Of a DNA stretch of 64,000 nucleotides, positions 13,093 to 25,217 are shown piece after piece. Position numbers and translations under genes: made by a program. The stretch's first letter is position 1. Every line of letters begins with the position of its first letter. Under the pieces are notes generated by a model. The model did not search any database. It was not told the DNA's origin and saw nothing but the letters and a program-made list of their open reading frames with translations. Origin of the DNA: Malacoraja senta (Eukaryota); contig CM075989.1 in assembly GCA_038087875.1 (NCBI GenBank), positions 2,914,001 to 2,978,000 on the forward strand. Direction: 5' to 3'.

Positions 13093-13590
13093 AGTTAGTT
13101 TACATTCAGTGTAGAGATACAGTGTGGAAACAGGCCCTTCGGCCCACCGAGTCCATGCAGACCGGCGATTACCTGTACACTAGTTCCATGTTATTCCAGT
13201 TTTGCAACCTACACACTAGGGGCAATTTTACAGAAGCCAATTAACCCCAAAGATGTCCAGGTTTGTAGGCTAATTGGCTTCTGTAAAATAAATTGTAAAT
13301 TGTCCCGAGTGTGCATAAGATAGTGTAGTGTGCAGAGATCGCTGTTCAGTGTGGACTCAGAGGGCCGAAGGGCCTGTTTCCACGCTATATCACAAACTAA
13401 ATTAAGCCAAACTAAACTAACCTACGCACCTGTACATCTTTAGAATGTGGGAGGAAACCAGACCACCCGGAGAAAACCCACACGGTCACAGGGAGAACGT
13501 GCAAACTCCGTACAGACAACACCCATGGTCAGGATCGAACTCGGGTCTCTGACGCTGTAAGGCAGCAATTCTACCGCTGTGGCCACCATG
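13093..13590 (-). mobile_element. HE1-type SINE with an inverted SINE 3' half nested at ~13247-13417
   Basis: Minus body interrupted by a plus-strand copy; TAACC duplicated at both junctions. Confidence 0.8.
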
Positions 13591-14259
13591 TTGCACATCA
13601 GGAATGTGTAGCCTGAAGATATAGAGCTTGCCGCCAACACAATATGGAAAGTCCGGAATGGGCTTCATTGCTCAGCGTTCTACTCCATTTGCAACTCCTC
13701 ATGAATAGGTCCACGTCGGCATGCAGCAAGACCTGGATGATATTTAGAGCAGGGCTGAGCAGTGGCAAGCAGCATCCACACCACTGAAGAGTCATTCTAA
13801 TGCCCATCTTCGATACAGAGGAACATACAATGATGTTATTGCGGCCTAATTCACCACCATCAAGGCTGTGGGTTTGAGTGGAGATCAGAGGCTCCACAGC
13901 CTGCAGTAAAGTCAAATCTCCATGACCACAATCTTAAATACGTCCACTGATGGTGGTGTCAGAATAGTAGCCTTCACTTACGCAGTGCATAAACAGCCCC
14001 CATGTACCCAGCACCTCCTTGTACTCTTCAAGCTTCAAGTTCTTAAAATGGTCTTAACTCGGCCGTAAGGGCCTATTGTCCTGGTGGTGGCTCTGGATCG
14101 GGGTTGCATGGGTCGGCCTGGCCTGGCGATGTTGTCGAAGACCTCCATCGCTGCTCCGCCACTCCGTGCTGCTGCCGGCCGTGTCCAATCTGCACCCGTC
14201 CAGCATCTGTGGGGCCTCCTGGCTGGTCTCTTAACACTGAAGATCTACCACTGCCTTCG

Positions 14260-14700
14260 AATACTAGACGGCATAACTTTAAGGTGGGAGGGACAAGGTT
14301 TACAGGAGGTGTGCGGGGCAAGTTCTTTACACAGAGGGTGGTGAGTGCTTGGAACGTGCTGGTTGAAGTAGGTACGTTGGTGGCATTTAAAAGACTTTGA
14401 GATAGACATGTGGATATGCAGGGAATGGAAAGATATGGGTTATATGCTCTCTGGGGTTCTGAGGTTGGCTGTGGGAACACTAGAGAAAAACTGTAGGTTA
14501 CACAAGCCTTTGCTTTCACATTTTCTTTTGAAGGCTTTTGTTTGTTAGTTGGCAATATGTAGAAAGCTGGCTGCTGTTGTGTCAATGGAGGGCCGGTTCT
14601 TACTATTAAATGATGGTCTTGGCATCATGTGTGGCACAGACATTGTGGGCCGAAGGGCCTGTTCTTGTGCTGTACTGTTCCACGTTCTATGTTCTCTGTT
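14260..14700 (+). mobile_element. CR1 3' fragment with foreign insert at ~14447-14610
   Basis: TRRHNFKVGG...FFTQRVVSAWNVL; UTR resumes near 14614. Confidence 0.75.
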
Positions 14701-15836
14701 CTCTGGACAGAGTACGGTTCAGGAGTGTGGGAGAATACTCTCCACACGCCTCGACGTGTACAGACCCTACAATTCTCAAGAAGCTCAACGCCATCCAGGA
14801 CTACGCGGCCCACTTGACTGAATGTTCATCCCTGCACCCACCACTGCACAGTGGCTACAGTGAGTAAGGCCAGACAAATGCACTGCAGTTGCATGCCTAG
14901 GTGACTGCAACAGGGAGTCTGGGGGTTCACCTCCCACATCCTCACACTCTCTGGGTTCTGAGGTCAGCTGTGGGAAGTATCCCAGTGCACCATCTTCTGA
15001 TCTTTCCTACATTCCAGAGAAAAACTGTAGGTTTCGCAGGCCTTTGCTTTCAAATTTTCTTTTGAAGGCTTTTGTTTATTAGTTGGCAATATGTCGGGCG
15101 CTGGCTGCTGTTGAGTCAAGGGAGGGCAGATACTAACTGTTTCTGGCTAAACTCATTCCGACAGTTCATCCTACAAGAGGATTCATGCGATGTCGAGAGT
15201 TGGGGGCCACGGGTGCAGGGGTGGAGTCCCTCAGCAAGGCAGCTGCTGGAACACTGAAGAGGTTCTCCACTCTGGGTGGCAGCGGTAGAGTTGCTGCCTC
15301 ACAGCGCCAGAGACCCAGGATCGATCCCGACTACGGATGCTGTCTGTACGGAGTTTGTACGTTCTCCCTGCAGACCGCGTGGGTTTTCTCCGTGTGCTCC
15401 AGTTTCTTCCCACACCCCAAAGACGTGCAGGTTAATTGGCTTGGTATCTATGTGAATCCGAGCTTCAGTGCGTCCCTCAGCATGTACTCCTGCAGTCTGG
15501 AGCGGGCCAGTCAGCAACATTCCCCGACGGACATCTCGCTCTGCTGGGAGACCAGCACGTTATGGGCAGACCAACGAGCGTCTTTCACCGAGCTGATGAA
15601 CAGACAGGAACATGGACAGGAAAGGTTTAGAGAGATATGGGCCAAAGGCTGGTAAATGTGACAGCATTGGTAGGGATTGGATGGGCAAGTTGGCTCAGAG
15701 GGCCTATTTTCATGCTGCACGACTCCATATGTATTGTGGGGCCATTAGGTCTCATCGTACTTGTACTTCTCTATAGCTGTTATACTTGTGGATGGCTTGA
15801 TTGTATTCCTGCATAAAATGTACATGGAAACATAGA

Positions 15837-16763
15837 AATGCATTTTGCATTTTGGGACGTCGAACAAGGGCAGGAACTACACAGTAAATGGTAGGCCTCT
15901 GAGTAGTGTTGTAGAGCAGAGGGATCTAGGAGTACAGGTGCATGGTTCTTTCAAGGTTGAGTCACAGGTAGATACGGTGGTCAAAAAGGCTTTCAGAACT
16001 TTGGCCTTCATCAATCAGAGTATTGAGTATAGAAGTTGGGAGGTCATGTTGCAGTTGTATAAGACGTTGGTGAGACCGCATTTAGAATATTGTTTAAGAA
16101 GGAATTGCAGATGCTGGAAAATCGAAGGTAGACAAAACTGCTGGAGAAACTCAGCGGGAGAGGCAGCATCTATGGAGCGAAGGAAATAGGCAACATTTCG
16201 GGTCGAAACCCTTCCTCAGACTGAATATTGTGTTCATTCTGGGCACCATGTTATAGGAAAGATATTGTCAAGCTTGAAAGGGTTCAGAAAATATTTACAA
16301 GAATGTCGCCAGGAATAGAGGGTGTGAGCCATAGGGAGTAGGCTGGGTCTCTATTCCATGGAGCGCAGGAGGATGAGGCGAGATCTTATAGAGGTATACA
16401 AAATCATGAGAGGAATAGATCGGGTAGATGCACAGAGTCTTTTGCCCAGATTAGGGGAATCGAGGACCGGAGGACATAGGTTCAAGGTGAAGGGGAAAAG
16501 ATTGAATAGGAATCCGAGGGGTAACTTTTTCACACAAAGGGTGGTGGATTCATGGAACAAGCTGCCAGAGGAGGTGGTTGAGGCTGGGACTATCCCATCA
16601 TTTAAGAAACAGTTAGACAGGTTCATGGATAGGACAGGTTTGGAGGGATATGGATCAAGCGTAGGCAAGTGGGACTAGTGTAGCTGGGACATTGATGGCA
16701 GTGTGGGCGAGTTGGGCCGAAGGGCCTGTTTCCACACTGTATCATTCTATGACTATGACTCTA
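15837..16763 (+). mobile_element. 5'-truncated CR1 LINE, split by short Penelope-derived insert
   Basis: HFGTSNKGR...[13 protein letters not shown] / RRDLIEVYKIMRG...WNKLPEEVV; (CTATGA)n tail. Confidence 0.92.
16094..16222 (-). mobile_element. 129-nt hammerhead-headed Penelope-derived short retroposon
   Basis: 9-bp TSD GAATATTGT (16085-16093, 16223-16231); minus strand starts AGTCTGAGGAAGGGTTTCGACCCGAAATGTT. Confidence 0.8.
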
Positions 16764-17397
16764 TAAACATAGAAACATAGAAAATAGCAAGGGTAGGCCA
16801 TTCAGCTCTTCAAGCCAGCATCACCATCCCCTGTTCCTGCTTTCTCCCCATATCCTTGATTCCATTAGCCCTTAGAGCTATATCCAACTCTCTTGAAAAC
16901 ATCCAGTGAATTGGCCTCCACTGCCTTCTGTGGCAGAAAATTCCACAGATTCACAACTCTCTGGGTGAAAACGTTTTTTCCCCCATCTCAGCCCTAAATG
17001 GCCTACCCTTATTCTTAAACTGTGACCCCTAGTTCTGGACTCCCTCCACATCGGGAACATTTTTCCTGCATCTTGCCTATCCAATCCCTTAAGAAGTTTA
17101 TATATTTCTATAAGATCTCCTCTCATCCTTCTAAATTCCAGTGAATATAAGCCCTGTCGATCCATTCTTTCATCATTTGTCAGTCCCGCCATTCCAGGAA
17201 TTAACCTCGTGAACCTATGTTGCACTCCCTCAATAGCAAGAATGTCCTTCCACAAAACTGCACACAATACTCCAGGTGTGGTCTCACCAGGGCCCTGTAC
17301 AACTGCAATGGGACCTCCTTGCTCCTATACTCAATTCCTCTTGCTACGAAGGCCAACATTCCATTTGCTTTCTTCACTGCCTGCTGTACCTGCAGGC
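16764..17397 (-). mobile_element. CR1 3' fragment
   Basis: VQQAVKKANGMLAF...[29 protein letters not shown]. Confidence 0.9.
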
Positions 17398-18144
17398 ATA
17401 CTGTCATGTTGATGAACAAGGACACCCAGGTCTCAATAATATAGTTTGATTTGACTGGATAGCTTCCAAATGAAAGCTTTTCACTGTATATCGGTGCACG
17501 TAACATTAACAAACCAATCACCATATCAATTGCAGTACTGGTCTCAAGTTATCTCTCAAAAATTCAGGCACATATTTCCATGTCTTTTCTAATCAAAGTA
17601 TAAGTTAAAACCTGTAGATCCCATCCTGATTACTCCATCAAAATAATTTACACCAACTTTAGCTATTCAGCTGCCACCTCAAGAATTAATTGTGGGATAA
17701 ATCTCTAATATGCCATTGGGATTCATCCCTGCATCACTAATACCACTTCCCATCCAATGACGCAGCATCACAGATTCCCAGTGGAAAAAAGGAATCGGTG
17801 ATGTTGCAGGTCATGACGCTTCTTCAGACTGTTCTGAAGTTGGGTCTCGACCCGAAACGTTACCCACTCCTTTTCTCCAGGGATGCTGCCTGACCCGCTG
17901 AGTTACTCCAGCTTTTTGTGTCTATCTTCGGTTTAAACCAGCATCTGCAGTGCCTTCCTACACATCACAGGGTTACAGCTCTGTACGTTGCTGCAATTGA
18001 ATGGTTTAACCTGGATACACATGGACCAGACTCTCCCGATCATGTCAGGCCCATTTCACGTTGAACCTCACTTGAAGATCATTCTCCTGTAGTACTAACA
18101 GGAAGACCTGCCTCAACAAGGCAAGGATGTATCAGAGTCAAACT

Positions 18145-18600
18145 GAGTGAAAACAGGCCCTTCGGCCCAACTTGCCCATGCTGACCAACATGTCCCATCT
18201 ACACTAGTCTCACCTGCCTACATTTGGCCCAATTCCCTCTAAACCTATCCCATCCATGTACCTGTCTAAATGTTTCTTAACCTTTCCAATAGTACCTGCC
18301 TCAACTACCTCCTCCTGCAGCTTGTTCCATACACTCACCACTCCAGGTGTAAACAAGTTACCCCTCAGGTTCCTATTAAATCTTTCCCCCCTCATCTTAA
18401 ACCCATGTCCTTAGGTTCTCCACATCCCTACTCTGGGCAAGAGACTCTGCGTTTACGCAATCTTTTCCTCCCATGATTTTATACACCTCTATCAGATCAC
18501 CCCTCATCCTCCTGTGCTCCAAGGAATAGAGTCTTAGCCTGCTCAAGCCTCGAGTCCTGGCGACATCCTCATCCATCTTCTCTGTACCCTTTCCAGTTTG
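18145..18600 (-). mobile_element. CR1 3' fragment
   Basis: RRMRGDLIEVYKIMGG; WNKLQEEVVEAGT. Confidence 0.85.
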
Positions 18601-18697
18601 AGATGGTCTGTACTGTTTGTCCAATTGATCTGTGTGTATAGAAACTAGACAATTTCAATCAATCAATCAATCAATCAAATCAGATTTATTCATCACA

Positions 18698-19775
18698 TCT
18701 ATATAATTAAATGTCTCCTCTTGACCACTTCCTGTCTGCACTGCATATTGATTTTAGAAAAATTGCATACCATATATTGCGATGATTCTTTTGGCCATCT
18801 TACTCACAGTCCTTCTCTGCTGAGCAGGCCCCAAGGATTTTTCCCATGATGAAAAATAAAAGAGTTATGAGTGTTAAAAAAACCTTGAGATCCTATTGCC
18901 TGTCAATCACCGCGATGAAGGTAACGCCCCTTCTGGGGGGGATGGGGGGGCAGGACTATAAAACCCCGGATGCCTGAACATGAGTCAGTCACTCTGCAAG
19001 ATCGCGAGGGAGAGGCTACGACTCTCATGCTAAGCTGTGACTCAACTGAACTGTGAGTCTGCAATGTACTTGCAATAAATGATTTGTTAGCCCTTAATGA
19101 CAATGCCATGAGTTGTTTGGCCTGCTGCCCTGCCTGTGCTTCAAACTGTAATGCTTTATTAGGTCCAACTGTGTTTGGAAGGAATAAATGCTTTATTAGG
19201 TCCGACTGTGTTTGGTTCAAAAGTCCCGCTCATTTCGTAACTTCCGCTTAGTGGACAGGTTGCGCTGATTGCATAATTTCCGGTAAGTGCAGAGGTCACG
19301 CTGATTGCGTAATTGTCGCTGACTGCGGAAGCCCCAAAGTGGAGAGGCCGCACTCAGCCATGTGAGTATTCAAGAAAGTTTACTGCCATACATATGGTGT
19401 GTGAGTCAGTGAGTGTGTATGTGTGTGGGAGTGTGTGAGTATGAGTGTGTGTATGAGTGTGAGTGTGAGTGTGAATGTGTGGGTGTGTGAGTGTGAGTGT
19501 GTGAGTGTTTGAGCGAGTGAGTGTGTGTGAGTGTGTGTGTGAGTGGTCTCAGTGACTGAGCTGCCATCCCAAGAATCCATTCGGCCCACAATGTCCATAC
19601 TAGCCCTCTAGAAACCGTCCCTTTGGCCCACAGCACCATGCTAGCGCTCCAGAAAGCCCCACCCCCTCCCCCCCACTGGCCAACAATATTGGAATTGGTG
19701 GAGAGGTGGAATATTGCATTGGGGGACCACCCTTCCCGTGTAAAGCTGGGACCCAACGGGTCCCACTTAGTCTAG
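18698..19775 (+). mobile_element. Complete non-autonomous Helitron (1078 bp)
   Basis: Starts TC after host A (18697). Ends with hairpin TGGGACCC-AAC-GGGTCCCA (19747-19765), then CTAG (19772-19775) before host T. No TSD; removal restores CATCACA|TACACAAT of the host element tail. Confidence 0.9.
19397..19545. repeat. (TG/GA)-mixed microsatellite inside Helitron
   Basis: GTGTGAGTGTGAGT array. Confidence 0.9.
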
Positions 19776-20942
19776 TACACAATGAAGTACAGTGAAATGA
19801 ATTTGCCAGCAGCGGTACAATCAAAAAGAACACACAATACACAATAAAAATTTAACACAAACAACCACCACAGCATTCTTCACTGTGGTGGAAGGCACAA
19901 AGTACAGTCAGTCCTCCTCCATTGTCCCCCGTGGTCGGGGCCATAAACCTCCGCAGTCGCCGCTGCGGGCGGCCAGATGTACAGGCCCTCTCTTCTGGAA
20001 GGTAAGTCCCGAATCAGTCATTCCCTACCAGAGACCGCGGCTTCAGGATGTTGAAGGCTGCGGGCCGGCAGTCGGAGCTCTTCCCAACGAGGGATGCCAG
20101 GCTCCGGACAACCCGCCCGCGGCCAGAAGTTCCGCAGACCGCGCGCGGCTTCAGGCTTCAGTCCGCGGGCCAGCGATCGGATAAAGTCCACGCTGCGCCC
20201 GCTGCTGAAGCTCCGGGCCCGACTCCAGGAAAGGCCGCACCAATCCTTGGTATTAGGCTGCGAGGGAGGCGACATGGAAAAAGTCGCCTCTCCGTGGCGG
20301 AGGCGACCGGAAGCGGTTTTCCCCTTACCCCCCCTCACCACCCTCCACACAAGACACACTGACAGTGAGAGACATTAAAACACACATTAAGACATACTAA
20401 AAAAAACATAATGTAGAAATGATGAACACACTGCTGGTAGGGCAGCCGTCTCGCACCTCCCCCACCGACCTGCTGCAACTCCAATGGTTCAACCATGTAG
20501 ATGTTATAACTGTTCTATCTACACTGGTAGAAAACATCAAAATGCAGAGGCACCCACCAGTCTGTGGAAACTTGCTCTGCACATCTGCTTTAAACTTCAA
20601 CTTGGGATCTACACATCCATATATGCCTTCGTTATGACCTCTTCCACAGCCAACAATAGACCATTGTGGGCTCCACCTTTCCTTGGTCATCAGAGCTGGC
20701 TCAGATTTGTTGTGAACCTTTTCATACCTCTAGTTTCCCTCCCCCCTGACCCAGTCTGAAGAAGGGTCTTGACCCAAAACATCACCTATTCCTTTTCTCC
20801 AGAGATGCTGCCTGACCCACTGAGTTACTCCAGCATTTCGTGTCTATCGTTGGCGAAAACCAGCATCTGCAGTTCCTTCCTACACAAACACCTTTAAACT
20901 TTGCCCCTCTCATCTTAAAGCTATGCCCAATGGTCTCTGACT

Positions 20943-21412
20943 TTAAGCTGGAAAGAGTGCAGTGAGGATTCGCAAGGATGTTGCCAGGACTCGAGGACCT
21001 GAGCTAAAGGAAGAGGTTGGGAAGGCTAGGACTTCACCAGGATGACGGGTGATCTTATAGAGGTGTATACGATCATGTGGGGAGTAGATAGGGTAAATGC
21101 ACAGACTTTTACCCATGGTAGGGGAATCAAGAACCAGGGCACATAGGTTGAAGGTAAGAGGGAGAAGCTTTAATAGGAACTTTTTCACACAGAGGGTGGT
21201 GAGGATATGGAACGGAATGCCAGAGGAGGTAGTTGAGACAGGTACTATAGAAACATTTTAGAGATATTTGGGCAGGTACATGGATAGGAAAGGTTTAGAG
21301 GGATATGGGCCAAACACAAGTAGGTGGGACTAGTGTAGATGGGGCATCATGGTTGGCATGGGCAAATTGAGCCAAAGGGCCTGTTTCCATGCAGACTGAC
21401 TGCATGACTATC
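20943..21412 (+). mobile_element. Degraded CR1 3' fragment
   Basis: GGTGATCTTATAGAGGTGTAT...TTTTTCACACAGAGGGTGGTG and CR1 3' UTR. Confidence 0.8.
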
Positions 21413-22680
21413 TCGATGACATTTACACCCGGGGAAAATGGTTCAGACCATCCACTATCTATTTCGGACTGAGATGAGAAGACATTTCTTCACTCGGACG
21501 ATAGTGAATCTATGTGATTTCCAACCCCAGAGGGATGTGTCAGTTCAGTTAATGAATTCTTTCAAAACAGAGATGAATAGGTTCCTGGATATCAGAGGCA
21601 TGAGGATTTATAGATGTAGGGCCAGGTAAATGGCAATGAGATATGAAATCATCCATGGTTTTATTGAATGGTTGGGCAAGGTTGGATGGTCATGCTCCAA
21701 TGTTATGTCTTATATTATATGCCGTACATCCAAAAATGTGGTAAGATGGAACTACTGATGCTGGTTTGCTCCGCAGATAGACAACAAAAGATGCAGCCAC
21801 AAAATGCTGGAGTAACTCAGTGGGACAGGCAGCATCTCTGGAGAGTAGAAATGGGTGACGTTTCAAGTCGAGACCCTTCTTCAGACCCAAAATGTCATCC
21901 AGAGATGCTGCCTGTCCCGCTGAATTACTCCGGCATTTCGTGTCTATCTTCAGTGTAAACCAACATCCAGCAGTCTGGTCCTACGCAATAAAAGTTGTTT
22001 TGGTTTCAGTGCAATTCACCTTAGTAAAGTCTTAATTTACTGTAAAAATTATCTTTTCTGCTCTTTAACTGGAAGCACAGTGCTTTGGTTTAGCTGTAAT
22101 TATTTATTCTGAAGCTGACGCCTTGTACTTTTGTAAATGTCACGTGAATCTATTTTGACTCCACCACAAAGCTCCTCCAGCGTGAAGTTCAAAGGATTAA
22201 TTGGATTGTTGTACATTTACACAGAACCCCGCGGAAAAAATCTGAATGCTGTCAGAGTGAATGCAAAATTCTATAAAATGTATGTAATTATCAAGAAACA
22301 ATGCATTTGGAGATGTTAACATGGCATAATTAATAGATACATTTCAAAACAGTGGGATGCACACATCAAAAAGCAAGAGGCTTCGGATGCTAGAGATCTG
22401 AAATGAAAGTGGAAAGTAGCTGGGGAATAACCAGTGGATCAGGCAGCACCTGCGGAGAAAGCATTAGAGTTGACATTTCAGGCCTGTGATCCTTCAACAG
22501 GCTGGGATAATTTGGCAATTTAAACCAAGAATGATCGGGTTAACTTATGAAGGTAGACAAAAATGCTGGAGAAACTCAGCGGGTGAGGCAGCGTCTATTG
22601 AGCGAAGGAATAGGTGATGTTTCGGGTCGAGACCGTACAACGACACTGGGCCTGTACTCGCTGGAGTTTAGAAGGATGAG

Positions 22681-23518
22681 TGCGGCGGCGCAGATTACTG
22701 CAGCGCCCCCTACAGCCTGTCTGTCTTTTTTTTAATTTTTGTCTAGTTAAATGTAGTTGTTTGTGTTTTTTATACTGTTTTTAACTGTGTATATGTGGGG
22801 GCGGGGGTGGGAACTTTAAAAATCTCTTCCCTGTACGGGAGACCCGACCTTTTCCCTGTCGGGTCTCCGTTGTCGTTGGGGCCTAGCTCCGTGGAGCGGC
22901 CTCCGACCGGGACGACCTGGGGGCTCCAGTCGCGGAGCCTGCGGAGCTGCGGACTTACCGTGGGGCTGGCCGGCCTCGGAGCGTGAGGAGCGGTGGTGGC
23001 TCGCTGCTGCGGCCCGACTCCGGAGCTCCAGCTGCAGACCCGTGGACTATGATATCGGGAGCTCGCGGGTCCGGGTGAGAGACCGCTTTCCGGAGCTCCC
23101 GCAACTCAACTTCTCCCGCCCGTGTCGCGGGGTTGGAACGACCCGGAGCGGGGCCGTAAATCGCCCGGCGCGGCTTTAATGGCCGCGGGACATTCCAGCG
23201 CCCGCCGGGGGCTCCAACTTTGTGACTTTTGGGCCCGGAGCGAGGCCGTATACCGCCCGGCGTGGCCTCAACGGCCGTGGGACTTAACATCGCCCGCCTG
23301 GGGCTTCAACATCGGGAGAAAGATGGTGCAGGGGAGAGAAAAGACTTTGCTTCCATCACAGTGAGGAGGAGATTCACTGTGATGGATGTTTTTCTGTAGA
23401 TTGAATTGTTTGTGTGTCGTGTAGGAATAGTTTTGTTTGTATGGCTGTGGAAACGGAGTTTCGTTTGAGCCTCTTTGAGGTTCAAATGACAAGAAATAAA
23501 ATCTAAATCTAAAATCTA
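22681..23518 (+). mobile_element. GC-rich non-coding retroposon (838 bp)
   Basis: TSD ATGAG (22676-22680, 23519-23523) inside a tiny CR1 fragment; AATAAA followed by an (AATCTA)-like tail; two strong hairpins. Confidence 0.75.
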
Positions 23519-24012
23519 ATGAGGGGGGACCTCGTTTAAACTCGGCGGGCCAGACAGGCAGCGTCCAGACCCAAAACGTTGTCCATCCATTTCCCTCCAC
23601 GGATGCTGCCTTTCCTGCTGAGTTCCTCCAGCACTTTGTGTTTTGCTCAAGATCCCAGCATCTGCAGTTTTCCTTGCTTCGGGGTAAAACTGCAGGTTCT
23701 GCAACTTCAGCGGTCGCATGGGAAGTTGGGCGGAGAGAGGGAGTGGGTGTTGCCGGAGATAGAAGGGTGAATCGGGGAGTTGCAAAACCAATGGACTCTT
23801 TGTACTGCTGAGAGAGACATACAGATCATTCGCATTCATATACGGAGAGGGATTAACGGCAGGTAAATCAAAGCAGCCCCCACCACTTTTCTTCTTAACA
23901 CCCAGCGACACATTTCCAATCATTCTCAGTCCAGATTCACAGTATTTGTAGTTTGTAGTTTGTACTTGACTTGATGCCAGCTCCTTCCATAATTATTCAG
24001 AGCCTCTTATTA

Positions 24013-24260
24013 CAAAGAGAAAGCAGGAGAAGAGAGAGCCTGCAAGAGGGAGTGAGGGAGAGTGGGTGTGAGGTGGGGAACAGGAAAGGAAAGACAAAAG
24101 GACTGATGGAAGAATAAGGGAAAGAGAGAGAAAGGCAAGGTGAAAGTGAGAGATAGAGATAGAGGGAGGGAGAGGGGGAAGTGAGAGAGGGAGAGGGAGA
24201 GAGAGGGGGAAGTGAGAGAGGGAGAGGGAGAGAGAGGGAGGAGTGAGAGAGGGAGAGGGG

Positions 24261-24356
<96 letters not shown>

Positions 24357-24358
24357 AG

Positions 24359-24394
<36 letters not shown>

Positions 24395-24398
24395 GAGA

Positions 24399-24433
<35 letters not shown>

Positions 24434-24447
24434 TGAGAGAGGGAGGA
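24013..24447. repeat. Polypurine tract with long pure (GA)n microsatellite
   Basis: Uninterrupted GA run at ~24264-24351 within ~430 nt of almost pure A/G. Confidence 0.95.
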
Positions 24448-25217
24448 CAGCTTCATGGTTTGTTAATGAAGAAAAAAGGATTTTATTTCCAGATTTGTTG
24501 AACTGAATTCCCGTTTTAAATTGCAATAGTAAGATTTGCAATCACATCCTCTGATTAATTGTTCAGTAATGTAATTTAATTTAATCAGTCCCACTGCTTG
24601 CACCGAATGCCAACATTGGCTGTCGTTTATTCTGCAGCCTGGCAGTGTGTGCTTTTCTTTGTCATTTCTTCGTAGAGCGACAGAATGTGTTGCTAAAGTG
24701 ACATACAATTACTTTTCCAGTACAGTTCAGCAAATATTAATTACTACCATAGAACACCACCCATGCAGGACAACATCTGCTGCAGAAAACAAGACCGGGT
24801 TTCACTTCAGAACACACTGGAAATTGAGCTGAGGGAAATAAACCTCGAATGTTTTTTAAAAAAAGCACCGTGTAACAAATTGAACAGAACACAAACGAGG
24901 CAGAACGACTGACTGCTACGATCAGCCACGGCCGCCATCATTGACGTGGAGCGACTGGGTCCGGCTCCAAACCACACAAAGGGAAAGAGAGGTTTCTCTG
25001 CATCTCACAAGGAAGGTTTTCAATGAAATGCATGCAAGCTGCCTGGATACGAGCCCAATTTTGCCACTGCGTGGAGTAGAAGCGTCGGCCGGTGGCATCG
25101 CAAGGAAAGCAAACACACAATATATATTACAACTGCAGATGCTGCAATCCTGAAATAAAAGCAGAAAAACCGGGAGAAACACTCAGCGGGACGGGCGGCG
25201 TCAATGAAGAAATAAAA

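Larger units (their letters stand above)
18655..20460 (-). mobile_element. GC-rich non-coding retroposon with Rex1-like tail, split by a Helitron
   Basis: Reconstituted 3' end TTTCACTGTACTTCATTGTGTATGTGATGAATAAA-(GATT)n; same architecture as 22681-23518; 5' boundary approximate. Confidence 0.65.

Noticed and set aside
19885..20378. Several ~100-aa ORFs in GC-rich sequence (also 22795-23364)
   Set aside because: No recognisable domain, and no shared reading frame between the two related elements.
23993..24541. SL- and RE-repeat ORFs
   Set aside because: Translations of the (GA)n microsatellite.
24647..24832. ORF after a good pyrimidine tract and AG at ~24675
   Set aside because: No recognisable protein, no matching donor, no partner exons found.
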